A stretch of 64,000 nucleotides of DNA from a virus (lineage: Duplodnaviria; Heunggongvirae; Uroviricota; Caudoviricetes), in the IMG/VR virus record IMGVR_UViG_3300042256_000013, positions 64,001-128,000 of that record; one strand, written 5' to 3'. Positions within the stretch are counted from its first letter, which is position 1. Each line of letters opens with the position of its first letter. Positions 34,047-43,058 of this stretch are shown here, piece after piece. Made by a program: the position numbers and the translations under genes. The notes below the pieces were generated by a model. The model was not told where the DNA came from and did no database searches. It saw only the letters and a program-made list of their open reading frames with translations.

Positions 34047-34406
34047 TTATTCCGCAAGCAAAGCTTCATCAAATGGGGTATAAGTGATTTCTGCTTTTTG
34101 GGATTTGCCATTATAGTAATAATGGCATGATGTATCACCAGGTTCTTCACCATGTACAACTACAGTGAACAAAACACCAGCATACATAGCTGAAAGCTGT
34201 TTCATATGTTCATCGTGTTTGTACCAGTATGCTTCAGAATCGAACCCACACAAGATAGCATCAGAACCAGATATTACGAAACGTTCATCAGTTTCCAGTA
34301 CTTCAAGTGAATCGAAGATAGCAGAAATATCAAGCTTAGCAGCTTTGATACCTGCTGGTAATTTATTGATCTTAGCACGAATGTCAAACGTTGAGCGATA
34401 ACTCAT
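34047..34406 (-). CDS. Hypothetical protein
   Basis: 119 aa, WYKHDEHMKQLS...GEE. Confidence 0.78.
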   Translation of the reverse strand: MSYRSTFDIRAKINKLPAGIKAAKLDISAIFDSLEVLETDERFVISGSDAILCGFDSEAYWYKHDEHMKQLSAMYAGVLFTVVVHGEEPGDTSCHYYYNGKSQKAEITYTPFDEALLAE

Positions 34407-34407
34407 T

Positions 34408-34602
34408 TTAAACCTCTGTAGTTTCAGTTTCTTCTTGTTCGTCGATAACGTAATCTAAATCTGAATCTTCGCAATCCTGTATCCAGGCATCACGTTCTTC
34501 TTTAGTATCGAATACAAACACAAACCCACGATAAGTGAATCCATATTGTGAACCATAAGAAGGATTTAGATTGTCATTAATAATAACTTTACTTGTAACC
34601 AT
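34408..34602 (-). CDS. Hypothetical protein
   Basis: Start MVTSKV after AAGGA. Confidence 0.65.
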   Translation of the reverse strand: MVTSKVIINDNLNPSYGSQYGFTYRGFVFVFDTKEERDAWIQDCEDSDLDYVIDEQEETETTEV

Positions 34603-34622
34603 ATTGCTTTCCTTAGCGTACA

Positions 34623-35030
34623 CTACTTCGTGTACTTAACTTTTACTTCGTGTTCGATACCATTAGCATCGAAATAGGTTACGGTAACATCAGATAATGA
34701 TGCCCAGCAACCTTCATTTCCTGGCCAACTCAGACAATCGAGTTCTTCGTAATCTTCAGGAGCCAGTTCATCATCATACATGTTAAAGAATAACCAGAAG
34801 TCCTGAACTTCATCATAATTATCATAACCACCTTTACCACTTGGGTACAGTTTTTGACAATTCTTCAGTACTTCAAGAAGCTTTTTAACGATTTCTGAAT
34901 CTTCATATACTGCGGTTTCAGATTCATTGAAATCCCCATCACCGTGCATAAAATTCATCTGAACCACATATTTGTTTTTATATGGTGCAGGAGGAACTAC
35001 AGGTTTCATTACTTCTAATTCAACATTCAT
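34623..35030 (-). CDS. Hypothetical protein (FMHGD family)
   Basis: MNFMHGDGD...VTYFDANG. Confidence 0.78.
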   Translation of the reverse strand: MNVELEVMKPVVPPAPYKNKYVVQMNFMHGDGDFNESETAVYEDSEIVKKLLEVLKNCQKLYPSGKGGYDNYDEVQDFWLFFNMYDDELAPEDYEELDCLSWPGNEGCWASLSDVTVTYFDANGIEHEVKVKYTK

Positions 35031-35033
35031 ATA

Positions 35034-35477
35034 TTACTCGCTTAGTTCGTTAAACTTCTTCATTAGCAATTCATAATCATCAATTATAACAGGTGCTGTA
35101 TATTTTGGTTTAATATAAGCTGATAAATCCAGAATAAAAGTACCACCAGTACAATCGCCGTAACCACTAAAGGTAACAACCAAATGATCGTTTGAATCAT
35201 AATTTCCATTTTCGGCAATTACTTTTGCCATAGAGAATATATAACCCATATCACCCTTTTCAGTACTGAAAAGAACTTTATGAGCAGATTCACGACAATT
35301 CATTTCACCAATCTTATGATACCAATGTGTATTATAACGTTTAACGTATTCAAGCTCAAACAAATCGTATGTTTGTTCAGGAGTGAAGTACTGTAACTGT
35401 AAAGTACAGAGATCGTGAAGACCAGAGTTTTTACCTTCATAGATAAACGCTTGAAATTTCAAAGTTGGTTCTTTCAT
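35034..35477 (-). CDS. Hypothetical protein
   Basis: 147 aa ORF. Confidence 0.78.
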   Translation of the reverse strand: MKEPTLKFQAFIYEGKNSGLHDLCTLQLQYFTPEQTYDLFELEYVKRYNTHWYHKIGEMNCRESAHKVLFSTEKGDMGYIFSMAKVIAENGNYDSNDHLVVTFSGYGDCTGGTFILDLSAYIKPKYTAPVIIDDYELLMKKFNELSE

Positions 35478-35488
35478 GAGGATTACCT

Positions 35489-35522
35489 TAAAAGAGCACT
35501 TTCGAAAAAGTGCTATTTTTTG
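35489..35522 (-). terminator. Terminator after the amber-containing operon
   Basis: AGCACTTT-TTCG-AAAGTGCT-CTTTT. Confidence 0.7.
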
Positions 35523-36089
35523 TTATTTAGGTAAAGAGTTTAAGTATCTCTTACCCGCCTGGATAAGTTTCTTCTTCTTGATTTTAAAAGAAGTACTATC
35601 CTGTCCACCAAACATTGTACAGTTCGCAAGGATTTCAGCCCAAGCGGTTATATAAAGAGTAGGTGCTAATGGATCAGACCAAATGGTATCAAAGTCTTCG
35701 GACTTAGCCATATGGAATGTCATATCCTTACGCATCAATTCTGAAATAACTGATTCTTCTGGAAATAGGTTCGACCACACATCAGCACTAACATTAGCGT
35801 GATCCGGGAAGTGAACTTTTCCTTCATCATCAACAGTACGACACAATGGTTTACCACAATCATGATATTCTTGATAACGCAGTACAATATCATCTGACAG
35901 AATCTTATCTTTGATTTTGCCATATACTTCAAGAAGTACAGGATCGCCCTATCCAGTGTCAAGTTCAGAGATCAGTACTTTATACTGTTCTTGAACCATC
36001 AGACCATGTGCGTGAACACTAAGCCCTTTCATCTGTTCAGTACTCTGCATTGCATGAAGTAATTCTTCGAAAGTGTTAGGATAAATCAT
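35523..36089 (-). CDS. HD-domain-like protein with in-frame TAG at codon 47
   Basis: ATG at 36089 overlaps upstream TGA; SVHAHG..ELDTG*GDP..YHDCGK..HFPDHA..DMTFH; TAG at 35949-35951. Confidence 0.75.
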
Positions 36090-36424
36090 TTAGCACCTCC
36101 GTGAAATAGTTGATATTTCTTGAAGATACTACGCTGTTCAGCAGTTACTGGAGCACTTGCAAATGCAGTAAAGCCATAATCCCAATCAGGTTCATGGAAC
36201 TGGACAAATCCAATACCAGAATCATTGAGTTCATCAAATGCTTTTTGTAACTTATGTTTATTCTTACATGAAATAACGATAAGAGAACTAGTCTCAGTAC
36301 TGTTATTTTCGAAGGCCAAGCCGCTTTCATAAGCTGCGTGGTTTGATTGTACTACAATCTGTTCTAACGGTAAGTCCGTGCGAACAAATACGTAGATCCA
36401 AGTTTTTTCATTCTAGTGAGCCAT
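36086..36424 (-). CDS. Pth2-like peptidyl-tRNA hydrolase with in-frame TAG at codon 4
   Basis: GAGGA RBS, ATG GCT CAC TAG AAT..., then WIYVFVRTDL..QIVVQSNHAA..LIVI..F.EPDWDYGFTA; TAG at 36413-36415. Confidence 0.78.
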
Positions 36425-36448
36425 TTTTATTTCCTCTATTTTGGTTAC

Positions 36449-36655
36449 TTAACTTTGGTTTTTTACTTCTTCCCAACGCCACAAATTACCATTTACTGGC
36501 ATAGTGTCATTAGTATCCTGAACAACTTCACCTTCGTAGATAATTGGAAGGGAAAGTTCAAAACGAGTGTTATTATTTAACAGATAACTAGCCTCAATTA
36601 TTGTACCTAATGGCACTTTTTGACCAGCAGAAAATACACATACAAATTTAGCCAT
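36449..36655 (-). CDS. Hypothetical protein
   Basis: 68 aa, GAGGA RBS. Confidence 0.7.
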   Translation of the reverse strand: MAKFVCVFSAGQKVPLGTIIEASYLLNNNTRFELSLPIIYEGEVVQDTNDTMPVNGNLWRWEEVKNQS

Positions 36656-36678
36656 TATGATTCCTCTATTAATTAAAA

Positions 36679-36924
36679 GGCCGTTGATGGTGTGCTATTA
36701 CGCCAAAGTCTCTAAGGGCATATATTAACATTGGACTTGATCCCAGGCTATCATACCCTTCGCATCCTTAGATCCATGCTGCTCATGAACCATATTAATA
36801 TATTCATTTCAGATTCTTCCCCTGAGCTTATACGGTTCCTAATTATGATAGATTTCGGAATACGGATCGCTCTTGACACTCATTATATGGTGGCTGCTTT
36901 CAAGCCTACATCCCAACAACGGTC
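36679..36924 (-). ncRNA. 23S rRNA GTPase-associated-centre (H43/H44) mimic RNA with internal insertion
   Basis: GGGATGTAGGCTTGAAAGCAGCCACCATATAATGAGTG ... GGCGTAATAGCACAC, closed by CCGTTG/CAACGG. Confidence 0.75.
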
Positions 36925-36932
36925 AGTGTTTG

Positions 36933-37130
36933 TTACATTTTAACTAGTTTGATTTCAACTAGTTCTACTTTGAAGTCAGGATGTTCATCTTCCCAATCTT
37001 CGCCGTATAGACGCACCATTTCATCAATGGCATCGCCTTTATATTTGAACATAGTAGTGAGGAACAGATCCGTAGTACGTGAATCATGTCCAGCCCAATA
37101 CTTAGTACTGTATTCTTGATCAATTTGCAT
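36933..37130 (-). CDS. Hypothetical protein
   Basis: 65 aa ORF. Confidence 0.7.
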   Translation of the reverse strand: MQIDQEYSTKYWAGHDSRTTDLFLTTMFKYKGDAIDEMVRLYGEDWEDEHPDFKVELVEIKLVKM

Positions 37131-37443
37131 TAACTATCTCCATCCACTCATCATGAGTTTTAAACTGTTTGTACTTTTCATATGCTTTTTCGGTTAATAC
37201 ACGAAATGCAACTTCAGACGTTTCCGATTCATTCCTGAATTCAAAGTACTGGAATATATTTTGTAGTACTGAGTGAATGAGACTTGATTTAATATGATAA
37301 TAAATCAAATCGTCAATGTGGTCATTTGGATATTCACCTAATGATTTCAATTCCTGTATTTTTTTATCCCGAAGAATAAATTGACGACCATTCATTTCAA
37401 GTGCATGAGACAATTCATTTACTAGCTGATAATTAATTTCCAT
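37120..37443 (-). CDS. Hypothetical protein
   Basis: 107 aa ORF. Confidence 0.75.
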   Translation of the reverse strand: MEINYQLVNELSHALEMNGRQFILRDKKIQELKSLGEYPNDHIDDLIYYHIKSSLIHSVLQNIFQYFEFRNESETSEVAFRVLTEKAYEKYKQFKTHDEWMEIVNAN

Positions 37444-37452
37444 ATCAGTACC

Positions 37453-38151
37453 TTAGTATCCATCATAGTTGTCAGGATGCAAGACAACAATCTCAATTAC
37501 ATCGTTGACATGAGTTTCGTTCTGATAGAACACAATAACCTTACCATGATTTACAGAATCAATCAAGTACCGCAAGATACCTTTACTGGTATAAACACGT
37601 TCAATTACACCAGTGTCTTCAATTACAGTACCATCAATTGTAGTACTGAATTTGACTTCATCCAGGTAATTAGGTTTATCTTTCAGGAAGTTCTGCAATT
37701 CTTCCTGTTTACGCCAAGCAGATTCACGTTTTAAACGTGACGCATTACGTACCATATATTCTGGAGTACTGTAATCAAAATCTGCAACAGTGGTTAAAGT
37801 ACCTTGACCATAAACACTGGTAATACGAATTCCAAAGTTAGGAAGTTCAATGTAATACGTTGGAAACGTAGCCGTCAAATCTTCGTAATCTGAACGTGCA
37901 TTATTTTGTGCATAATTCCAGAAAAGATTAGAAATTTCTGGATGTGGTGCATCTTCTGGATGGAACGTATAACTACCATCAACAAAGAATGTACGAAGAT
38001 AATCAAGTTCAGTTTTGAACGATTCTTCAGTATATGCCCTTTCTTCATCAATAGTATATCCATAGATTGATTTATATAAATCAGCCTTTGACATATTATC
38101 AAGTGCTTTTTGTGCCAATTCTAAAGATTTGCTTAATTGTGGCTCAGACAT
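37453..38151 (-). CDS. Hypothetical protein
   Basis: 232 aa, SVYGQGT. Confidence 0.8.
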   Translation of the reverse strand: MSEPQLSKSLELAQKALDNMSKADLYKSIYGYTIDEERAYTEESFKTELDYLRTFFVDGSYTFHPEDAPHPEISNLFWNYAQNNARSDYEDLTATFPTYYIELPNFGIRITSVYGQGTLTTVADFDYSTPEYMVRNASRLKRESAWRKQEELQNFLKDKPNYLDEVKFSTTIDGTVIEDTGVIERVYTSKGILRYLIDSVNHGKVIVFYQNETHVNDVIEIVVLHPDNYDGY

Positions 38152-38191
38152 ATATTATACCCCTCAATTCAATATTAAGTTCAATTATACA

Positions 38192-38728
38192 CTACTTCCA
38201 GAGTTTAGTCAAGCACTTTAATTCTTCTGGAACTTCATTATTTTTGGCATATTTTAATAAATTTTTACCAACAATTCCAGGTTCGAAGAAACGTGGCTTT
38301 TTGTGCAGTAGTACATAATCATTTGGATTATTCATCACACTGCTGGTAGTAGCTTTATACATCGTAATTGCTGAAATACGGATGGTATTACCATCGCGAA
38401 TAAGTTTCAGTACTACAATGTTCTGGCGATACAAACTTGTGTGACGCATGTTGACCAGTTTATATTCAACTTCTGAAGTTATTGCTTTAGAAATTAAATG
38501 TGCATAATTACTGATGAACAAATCCAAATAAGTGCTTAACAATGAACTTGCCACTTCATATGTAGGATAACGTTGCATGAAACGATCCTTGAAATGAACA
38601 CCAATTTGAAATTCAATATTGTAGTCGAATAAACGAAATACTTTTTTAATTTCGTCAGCATAGTGAAATGCCATTTTATTCAAATTATCGATAACGACCA
38701 AACGTGGCAAGTCCATAATTAACCTCAC
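38192..38728 (-). CDS. Hypothetical protein
   Basis: 178 aa, HFKDRFMQR. Confidence 0.75.
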   Translation of the reverse strand: MRLIMDLPRLVVIDNLNKMAFHYADEIKKVFRLFDYNIEFQIGVHFKDRFMQRYPTYEVASSLLSTYLDLFISNYAHLISKAITSEVEYKLVNMRHTSLYRQNIVVLKLIRDGNTIRISAITMYKATTSSVMNNPNDYVLLHKKPRFFEPGIVGKNLLKYAKNNEVPEELKCLTKLWK

Positions 38729-38876
38729 TCATAATCATCATAATTTTCTTTCAGACGTTCTTCCACCGTCATATTACGCATTCGTTGCGATAACGCATCT
38801 AATTGTTTACGTGTCATACGTGGAATTGTTGCTGGTTTCCTATTAGATGGTTTAGTTTCCACTTTCTTTTTCATGA

Positions 38877-39452
38877 TTACATACCAAATTCGTCTTCAGC
38901 ACGGGAAATGACTTCAATTGAGTCATGATACCAACATGGATTGTTGAGGAACACATAATGTTCCCAATTCATAAATCCTTCCTGTTTAATTTTGTACAGA
39001 ACCATACCAGTTTCCATGTTTTTAATTTCAACACGAGTAATAACACCAGTGGCAAGGAAATGAGTTCCAGTATCATCAGTTGTCTTGAAAGATACCGTAT
39101 CCCCAAGTCGTGGCTTATCTTCAAGGAAAGCCATTTCTTGTTGGAACTGAGTAAGTTCAGTACTACATACTGAAGTTTCGCACGGTGAACCAAGGAAAGG
39201 TTTAAAGTTTTCTTCAACGTGCTTGATAGCATCAATCACTGAATCAACAACCACTTCTGGAGCATGACCGGACATAGCGAAACGAACATCATTAATCAAT
39301 GAGTTCAGGAAGCTGATTTTCGCATTACACAATACAAAACAGTACTGAGCACCAGATTCCAACGATTCGTTAGAACGGTTACGAAGATCGGACACTTGTT
39401 TGAACAAATCATCTTCGGCTTTTTTAAGAAAATCTAGTTTTTCTGTATTCAT
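38877..39452 (-). CDS. Hypothetical protein
   Basis: 191 aa ORF. Confidence 0.8.
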   Translation of the reverse strand: MNTEKLDFLKKAEDDLFKQVSDLRNRSNESLESGAQYCFVLCNAKISFLNSLINDVRFAMSGHAPEVVVDSVIDAIKHVEENFKPFLGSPCETSVCSTELTQFQQEMAFLEDKPRLGDTVSFKTTDDTGTHFLATGVITRVEIKNMETGMVLYKIKQEGFMNWEHYVFLNNPCWYHDSIEVISRAEDEFGM

Positions 39453-39575
39453 TAATAGTATCTCACTGTTAAAACTTGATTTTGGTTGAGAGATTCAATA
39501 GTACCACCAGTACTTGAAATAAAGTGGTACAGTACCAAGTTATTACGTACTTCTTGCTGTACAACATTCAGTACT

Positions 39576-40460
39576 TCACGTGTCTGACTGTTTAGATAGG
39601 TCAACATCAAATATCTCTCTTAATAGATGTTCAATTACTGGAACCGTCCAGCCATTACCAAGCATTTTGTACGCTTGTGTGTTAGAGGACACTTTAAAGA
39701 AATCATCAGGAACTCCCTGAAGACGACAACATTCTACCACGCTGAGTTTTCTGTAGTCAACCCCATTTTTTCCATTTTCTAACAAAAAATGCTTTCTGAT
39801 GTTCGGATTAAAAAATACAACCTGCCTACGGGATTTATTGAAGTACTGATTACAATCTCCACCCTTAAAATAGTTCGCATCTATACAATAAGATTTTGAT
39901 CTATCAGTATACCCTGATTCTAGGATAGTACTTAAATCTGGAGACAACATTAATGCTGGTGGGATAATAAAGTTATCAGTACTAACCCAATAATAACGTT
40001 GTCTAAAATGAGCAGTATAATGCTGAGAGTTAATGAGATGTGGAGTTCTTCCAATAATACTAGTACAGTATTCTTCGAAGTCCTTCTTCATCTTAACATT
40101 CTCGAACAAGTACTTCACATCTGGATTAACACTCTTGATGTGATTAAAAATATCAATCATCGTATGGAATAACATTCCACGAGGATCATTTGTTCCACCT
40201 TGTTTACCAGCTACTGACCAAGCCTGGCAGGGGAATCCACCCATCAGTAAGTCTATTGAACTCCAGTCAATATCCCATTCTTCCCATTTAGTAACATCAC
40301 CCAATTGAACAATGTCAGGGAAGTTTTCTTGACTTTCCGCAATCGCGTACTTGTCAATCTCTGATGAGTAATAAGTGTGTACAGGCACTCCAGCATTCTG
40401 TAATGCCATGTACGCACAAGACATGCCGTTGAATAACGACAGTACTGTAATTGGTTCCAT
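39576..40460 (-). CDS. C5 cytosine DNA methyltransferase
   Basis: LSLFNG (I), EID, DLLMGGFPCQAWS (IV), FENV (VI), KMLGNGW (X). Confidence 0.93.
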   Translation of the reverse strand: MEPITVLSLFNGMSCAYMALQNAGVPVHTYYSSEIDKYAIAESQENFPDIVQLGDVTKWEEWDIDWSSIDLLMGGFPCQAWSVAGKQGGTNDPRGMLFHTMIDIFNHIKSVNPDVKYLFENVKMKKDFEEYCTSIIGRTPHLINSQHYTAHFRQRYYWVSTDNFIIPPALMLSPDLSTILESGYTDRSKSYCIDANYFKGGDCNQYFNKSRRQVVFFNPNIRKHFLLENGKNGVDYRKLSVVECCRLQGVPDDFFKVSSNTQAYKMLGNGWTVPVIEHLLREIFDVDLSKQSDT

Positions 40461-40479
40461 AGAAATCCTTTTCTATTGT

Positions 40480-40842
40480 TTATTCGTCGCCGTACTTTTC
40501 ATCCATGTAATCGTCATCTGGATCGATAACACTGTAGCGAGCTTTTAGTTCTTTAGATACGAGAGATTTAGCACCAGGATCATGAGTTACACTATTCTCA
40601 TAATCATAGAGGGAAGTTTTACCATCCATTACGTACTGTACTGATTCCAGCATAAGCTGAAGTTCATCCTTCAAAGCTTGAAGTGCTTCTGTAGGAGTTT
40701 CACCACAACCCATTGGGGAGATTTCATCAGTACTAGCTACACCTTCTTTGGTGTAGTATACTTCATGAATAGTCGCAGAGTACTCTTTAGTACCGTCAGC
40801 ACTTTCATGAATATTCATTTGTACTCGGTTATTCCAAGACAT
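40480..40842 (-). CDS. Hypothetical protein
   Basis: 120 aa, MSWNNRV..IHEVYY. Confidence 0.78.
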   Translation of the reverse strand: MSWNNRVQMNIHESADGTKEYSATIHEVYYTKEGVASTDEISPMGCGETPTEALQALKDELQLMLESVQYVMDGKTSLYDYENSVTHDPGAKSLVSKELKARYSVIDPDDDYMDEKYGDE

Positions 40843-40852
40843 AATTGTATCC

Positions 40853-41119
40853 TTATTTAATTACGGTAAATTCATGTTCAGATGGATCAAGTTCATCGAT
40901 TGTGATAACACGAAGCATACCACGTTTTATATACAAATTAAAGACAGCAAAGTAGTTACCAAAGATATTTTCTGGTTCTTCGTAATGTTCAGTTACTACC
41001 AACTGATGTTCACCACGACATAAACGGCGAAACAACTCACGGTGAATATCAAGGGTTTTAAATTCATCAGTATCCAGTACTCGACGTTTACGCACAACTT
41101 TAGCCATTTTGAATCTCAC
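40853..41119 (-). CDS. Hypothetical protein
   Basis: 88 aa ORF. Confidence 0.7.
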   Translation of the reverse strand: MRFKMAKVVRKRRVLDTDEFKTLDIHRELFRRLCRGEHQLVVTEHYEEPENIFGNYFAVFNLYIKRGMLRVITIDELDPSEHEFTVIK

Positions 41120-41279
41120 ATTTTACGAATTTGAATTGTGCTATAGTATAACAGAGTGTTACCGTTCGCGTCAACCTCTTTTATGGGGTCTTCGAACACA
41201 ACAAGCGTTTTAGGTTCATAACTAGTAATCATAAATGTTCGACCATTATGAGTACTTACAAGAAAGACAGGTTTATTCA

Positions 41280-41648
41280 TTAGTGCACATCGTCTGGATG
41301 CCCGTAAATCAGAATCAGTTTACCAGCAGGGTTATACTCGCGAGTTACTACACCTTTACGATCAGAACCACGAGTCCATTTAATCATACTAACTTTAGTA
41401 CCGTCAGCACAATTGTAGAAAGTGTTATTCTCTGGATCAGTACTTAAACTGCATTGTTCAGTTTTAATCTTTTCCAAAAGACTAATATACATTGGTTCGT
41501 TTTGACGAGAAGGCTCATTTAGTACTTTCTGTTCTTCTTTAAACCGTTGTTCAGGTTTAACCTGATAAATGTACAAATTCAAACACGTGAATAGAATCCA
41601 AAATACAAGAAAACAATTAAGATTCGTATTACTCATTTTCGTTCGCAT
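41280..41648 (-). CDS. Membrane-anchored hypothetical protein
   Basis: 122 aa, N-terminal TM. Confidence 0.7.
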   Translation of the reverse strand: MRTKMSNTNLNCFLVFWILFTCLNLYIYQVKPEQRFKEEQKVLNEPSRQNEPMYISLLEKIKTEQCSLSTDPENNTFYNCADGTKVSMIKWTRGSDRKGVVTREYNPAGKLILIYGHPDDVH

Positions 41649-41665
41649 TATGTTACTCCAGAAAT

Positions 41666-41689
41666 AAAAAAAGCTGCATTAAGCAGCTT
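41666..41689 (-). terminator. Terminator
   Basis: AAGCTGC-TTAAT-GCAGCTT-TTTTT. Confidence 0.75.
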
Positions 41690-41814
41690 GAAGACTTAAC
41701 ACCACCATTGTTACATAACATGGCTTGTGTGTCAAGGAAATTGTGAAAGGCGTGTATAAAAATTAGGGCGAACCCTAATGGACTCCAAAAAAAATAAGGA
41801 CACTATTAAAATAA

Positions 41815-41899
41815 TGGTGGGGATGGTCGGACTCGAACCGACACAACCGAAGTCGCCAGAACCTAAATCTGGTGCGTCTACCAATTTCGCCACATCCCC
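41815..41899 (-). tRNA. tRNA-Leu(TAG)
   Basis: CCAGA-TTTAGGT-TCTGG, long variable arm, CCA. Confidence 0.95.
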
Positions 41900-41919
41900 G
41901 TACTTCTTTATTTATCTAT

Positions 41920-41948
41920 ATTATAGCACAAAAAATTGTTACGTTCCA
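41920..41948 (-). promoter_or_regulatory. Class-II promoter
   Basis: TGGAACG-N16-TATAAT upstream of tRNA-Leu. Confidence 0.7.
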
Positions 41949-41952
41949 TTTT

Positions 41953-42315
41953 TTATTCTATAATATTTAAAATATTTTTCACCATCTGAATATGATCATA
42001 GCTGATCAATGTTTCGATGGTACTTAACTGGAAATGCCATTCTTCTGATATATCCAGTTTATGATTGACGATAATACCATTAATCATATATTCTAACTCG
42101 TTATTTAACACATTCACATCAAGTACTGGCTTATTATCTACAATAAAACGATGTAAATTTGAATCTCTATCTATAGAACGAATATACGTAAATTCAGTAC
42201 CTTGATGGAAATATCCATATAAAGGGGTATTTCTAACCCCTTCTTTTACTGATTCTGAACATTCAAGTATACGTTCTATAGTACTTTCAACACCAAGTAA
42301 ATCCACTACCAGCAC
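41953..42315 (-). CDS. EEW(H/F)FQLST-family protein
   Basis: SEEWHFQLST. Confidence 0.75.
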   Translation of the reverse strand: MLVVDLLGVESTIERILECSESVKEGVRNTPLYGYFHQGTEFTYIRSIDRDSNLHRFIVDNKPVLDVNVLNNELEYMINGIIVNHKLDISEEWHFQLSTIETLISYDHIQMVKNILNIIE

Positions 42316-42734
42316 CTTAAACGTTTGACCGCCCTTATTTCATCCTTATTAGGATAAATTGCTAATCCAGTTAGAGTTAAACCATCAAAAAAATTGAAAC
42401 CGTAATCAAAAATATCATGTACATAAAACCCTGGATGAGTTTCACGTTCAGAAATTTCAGATTGTATTTTGGCTTTGATTTTATTAAGATGATCTTCATC
42501 TTTAAGACGAAGAATTATTTTCCTTCGTCCTTCATTATGCCATCCTTCAAAGTTCAGTACTTGAGGACTTAATTCATCAGTACTAGACTCACTGGAGCTA
42601 TTTTTAAAAGAATTATATAAACTCCAAACCTGGTCAATACCATGACCAACTTGTGCACCAAATTTGCCTACAGGCATATTCAGGTCTTCACGTAAAAGAA
42701 TATAACACTTATATTCAAGTACTGGCTTTTCCAT
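42306..42734 (-). CDS. Peptidyl-tRNA hydrolase, Pth2 family
   Basis: YILLREDLNMPVGKFGAQVGH...EGRRKIILR...IFDYG..F..LTLTGLAIYP. Confidence 0.82.
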   Translation of the reverse strand: MEKPVLEYKCYILLREDLNMPVGKFGAQVGHGIDQVWSLYNSFKNSSSESSTDELSPQVLNFEGWHNEGRRKIILRLKDEDHLNKIKAKIQSEISERETHPGFYVHDIFDYGFNFFDGLTLTGLAIYPNKDEIRAVKRLRCW

Positions 42735-42740
42735 TTTAAT

Positions 42741-43004
42741 TTACCTATTATATGTCAAATATGTACCGGATGAAGAATGAACTGGAATATACATATTACG
42801 TTCTACTTGATAGACTGTGATATAAGGATTTATTAGTTCATATTCGCGTAGTGTATCCACACGTTTAACAGTTCCATGTGGTGAAGTTTTTGAAGGTTTC
42901 CACAAATAAACTTCACCATCGTCTGTATTGAAAACTGCAACACCTTTACCATCGTTAATACCTGAATAGCTTACAGTTGCAGTAATATATTCTCGATTAT
43001 CCAC
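42741..43004 (-). CDS. Hypothetical protein
   Basis: 87 aa ORF. Confidence 0.65.
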   Translation of the reverse strand: MDNREYITATVSYSGINDGKGVAVFNTDDGEVYLWKPSKTSPHGTVKRVDTLREYELINPYITVYQVERNMYIPVHSSSGTYLTYNR

Positions 43005-43058
43005 GCAAGTATGTTCTATTTTATAACATCTCCATGTTTAATGTGGAGATTAACCAAC

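Noticed and set aside
35523-36424. Genome-wide TAG reassignment (alternative genetic code)
   Set aside because: Long genes are intact under code 11 and several genes end in TAG followed by nearby stops or out-of-frame genes. Only two in-frame TAGs were found.
36679-36924. Genuine rRNA gene fragment or group I intron
   Set aside because: Similarity is limited to the H43/H44 loops with non-rRNA flanks. No P7 or other group I core motifs were recognised.
39545-39575. ACAGCAA after the methyltransferase as another module
   Set aside because: No complementary partner strand for the preceding GAATG was found.
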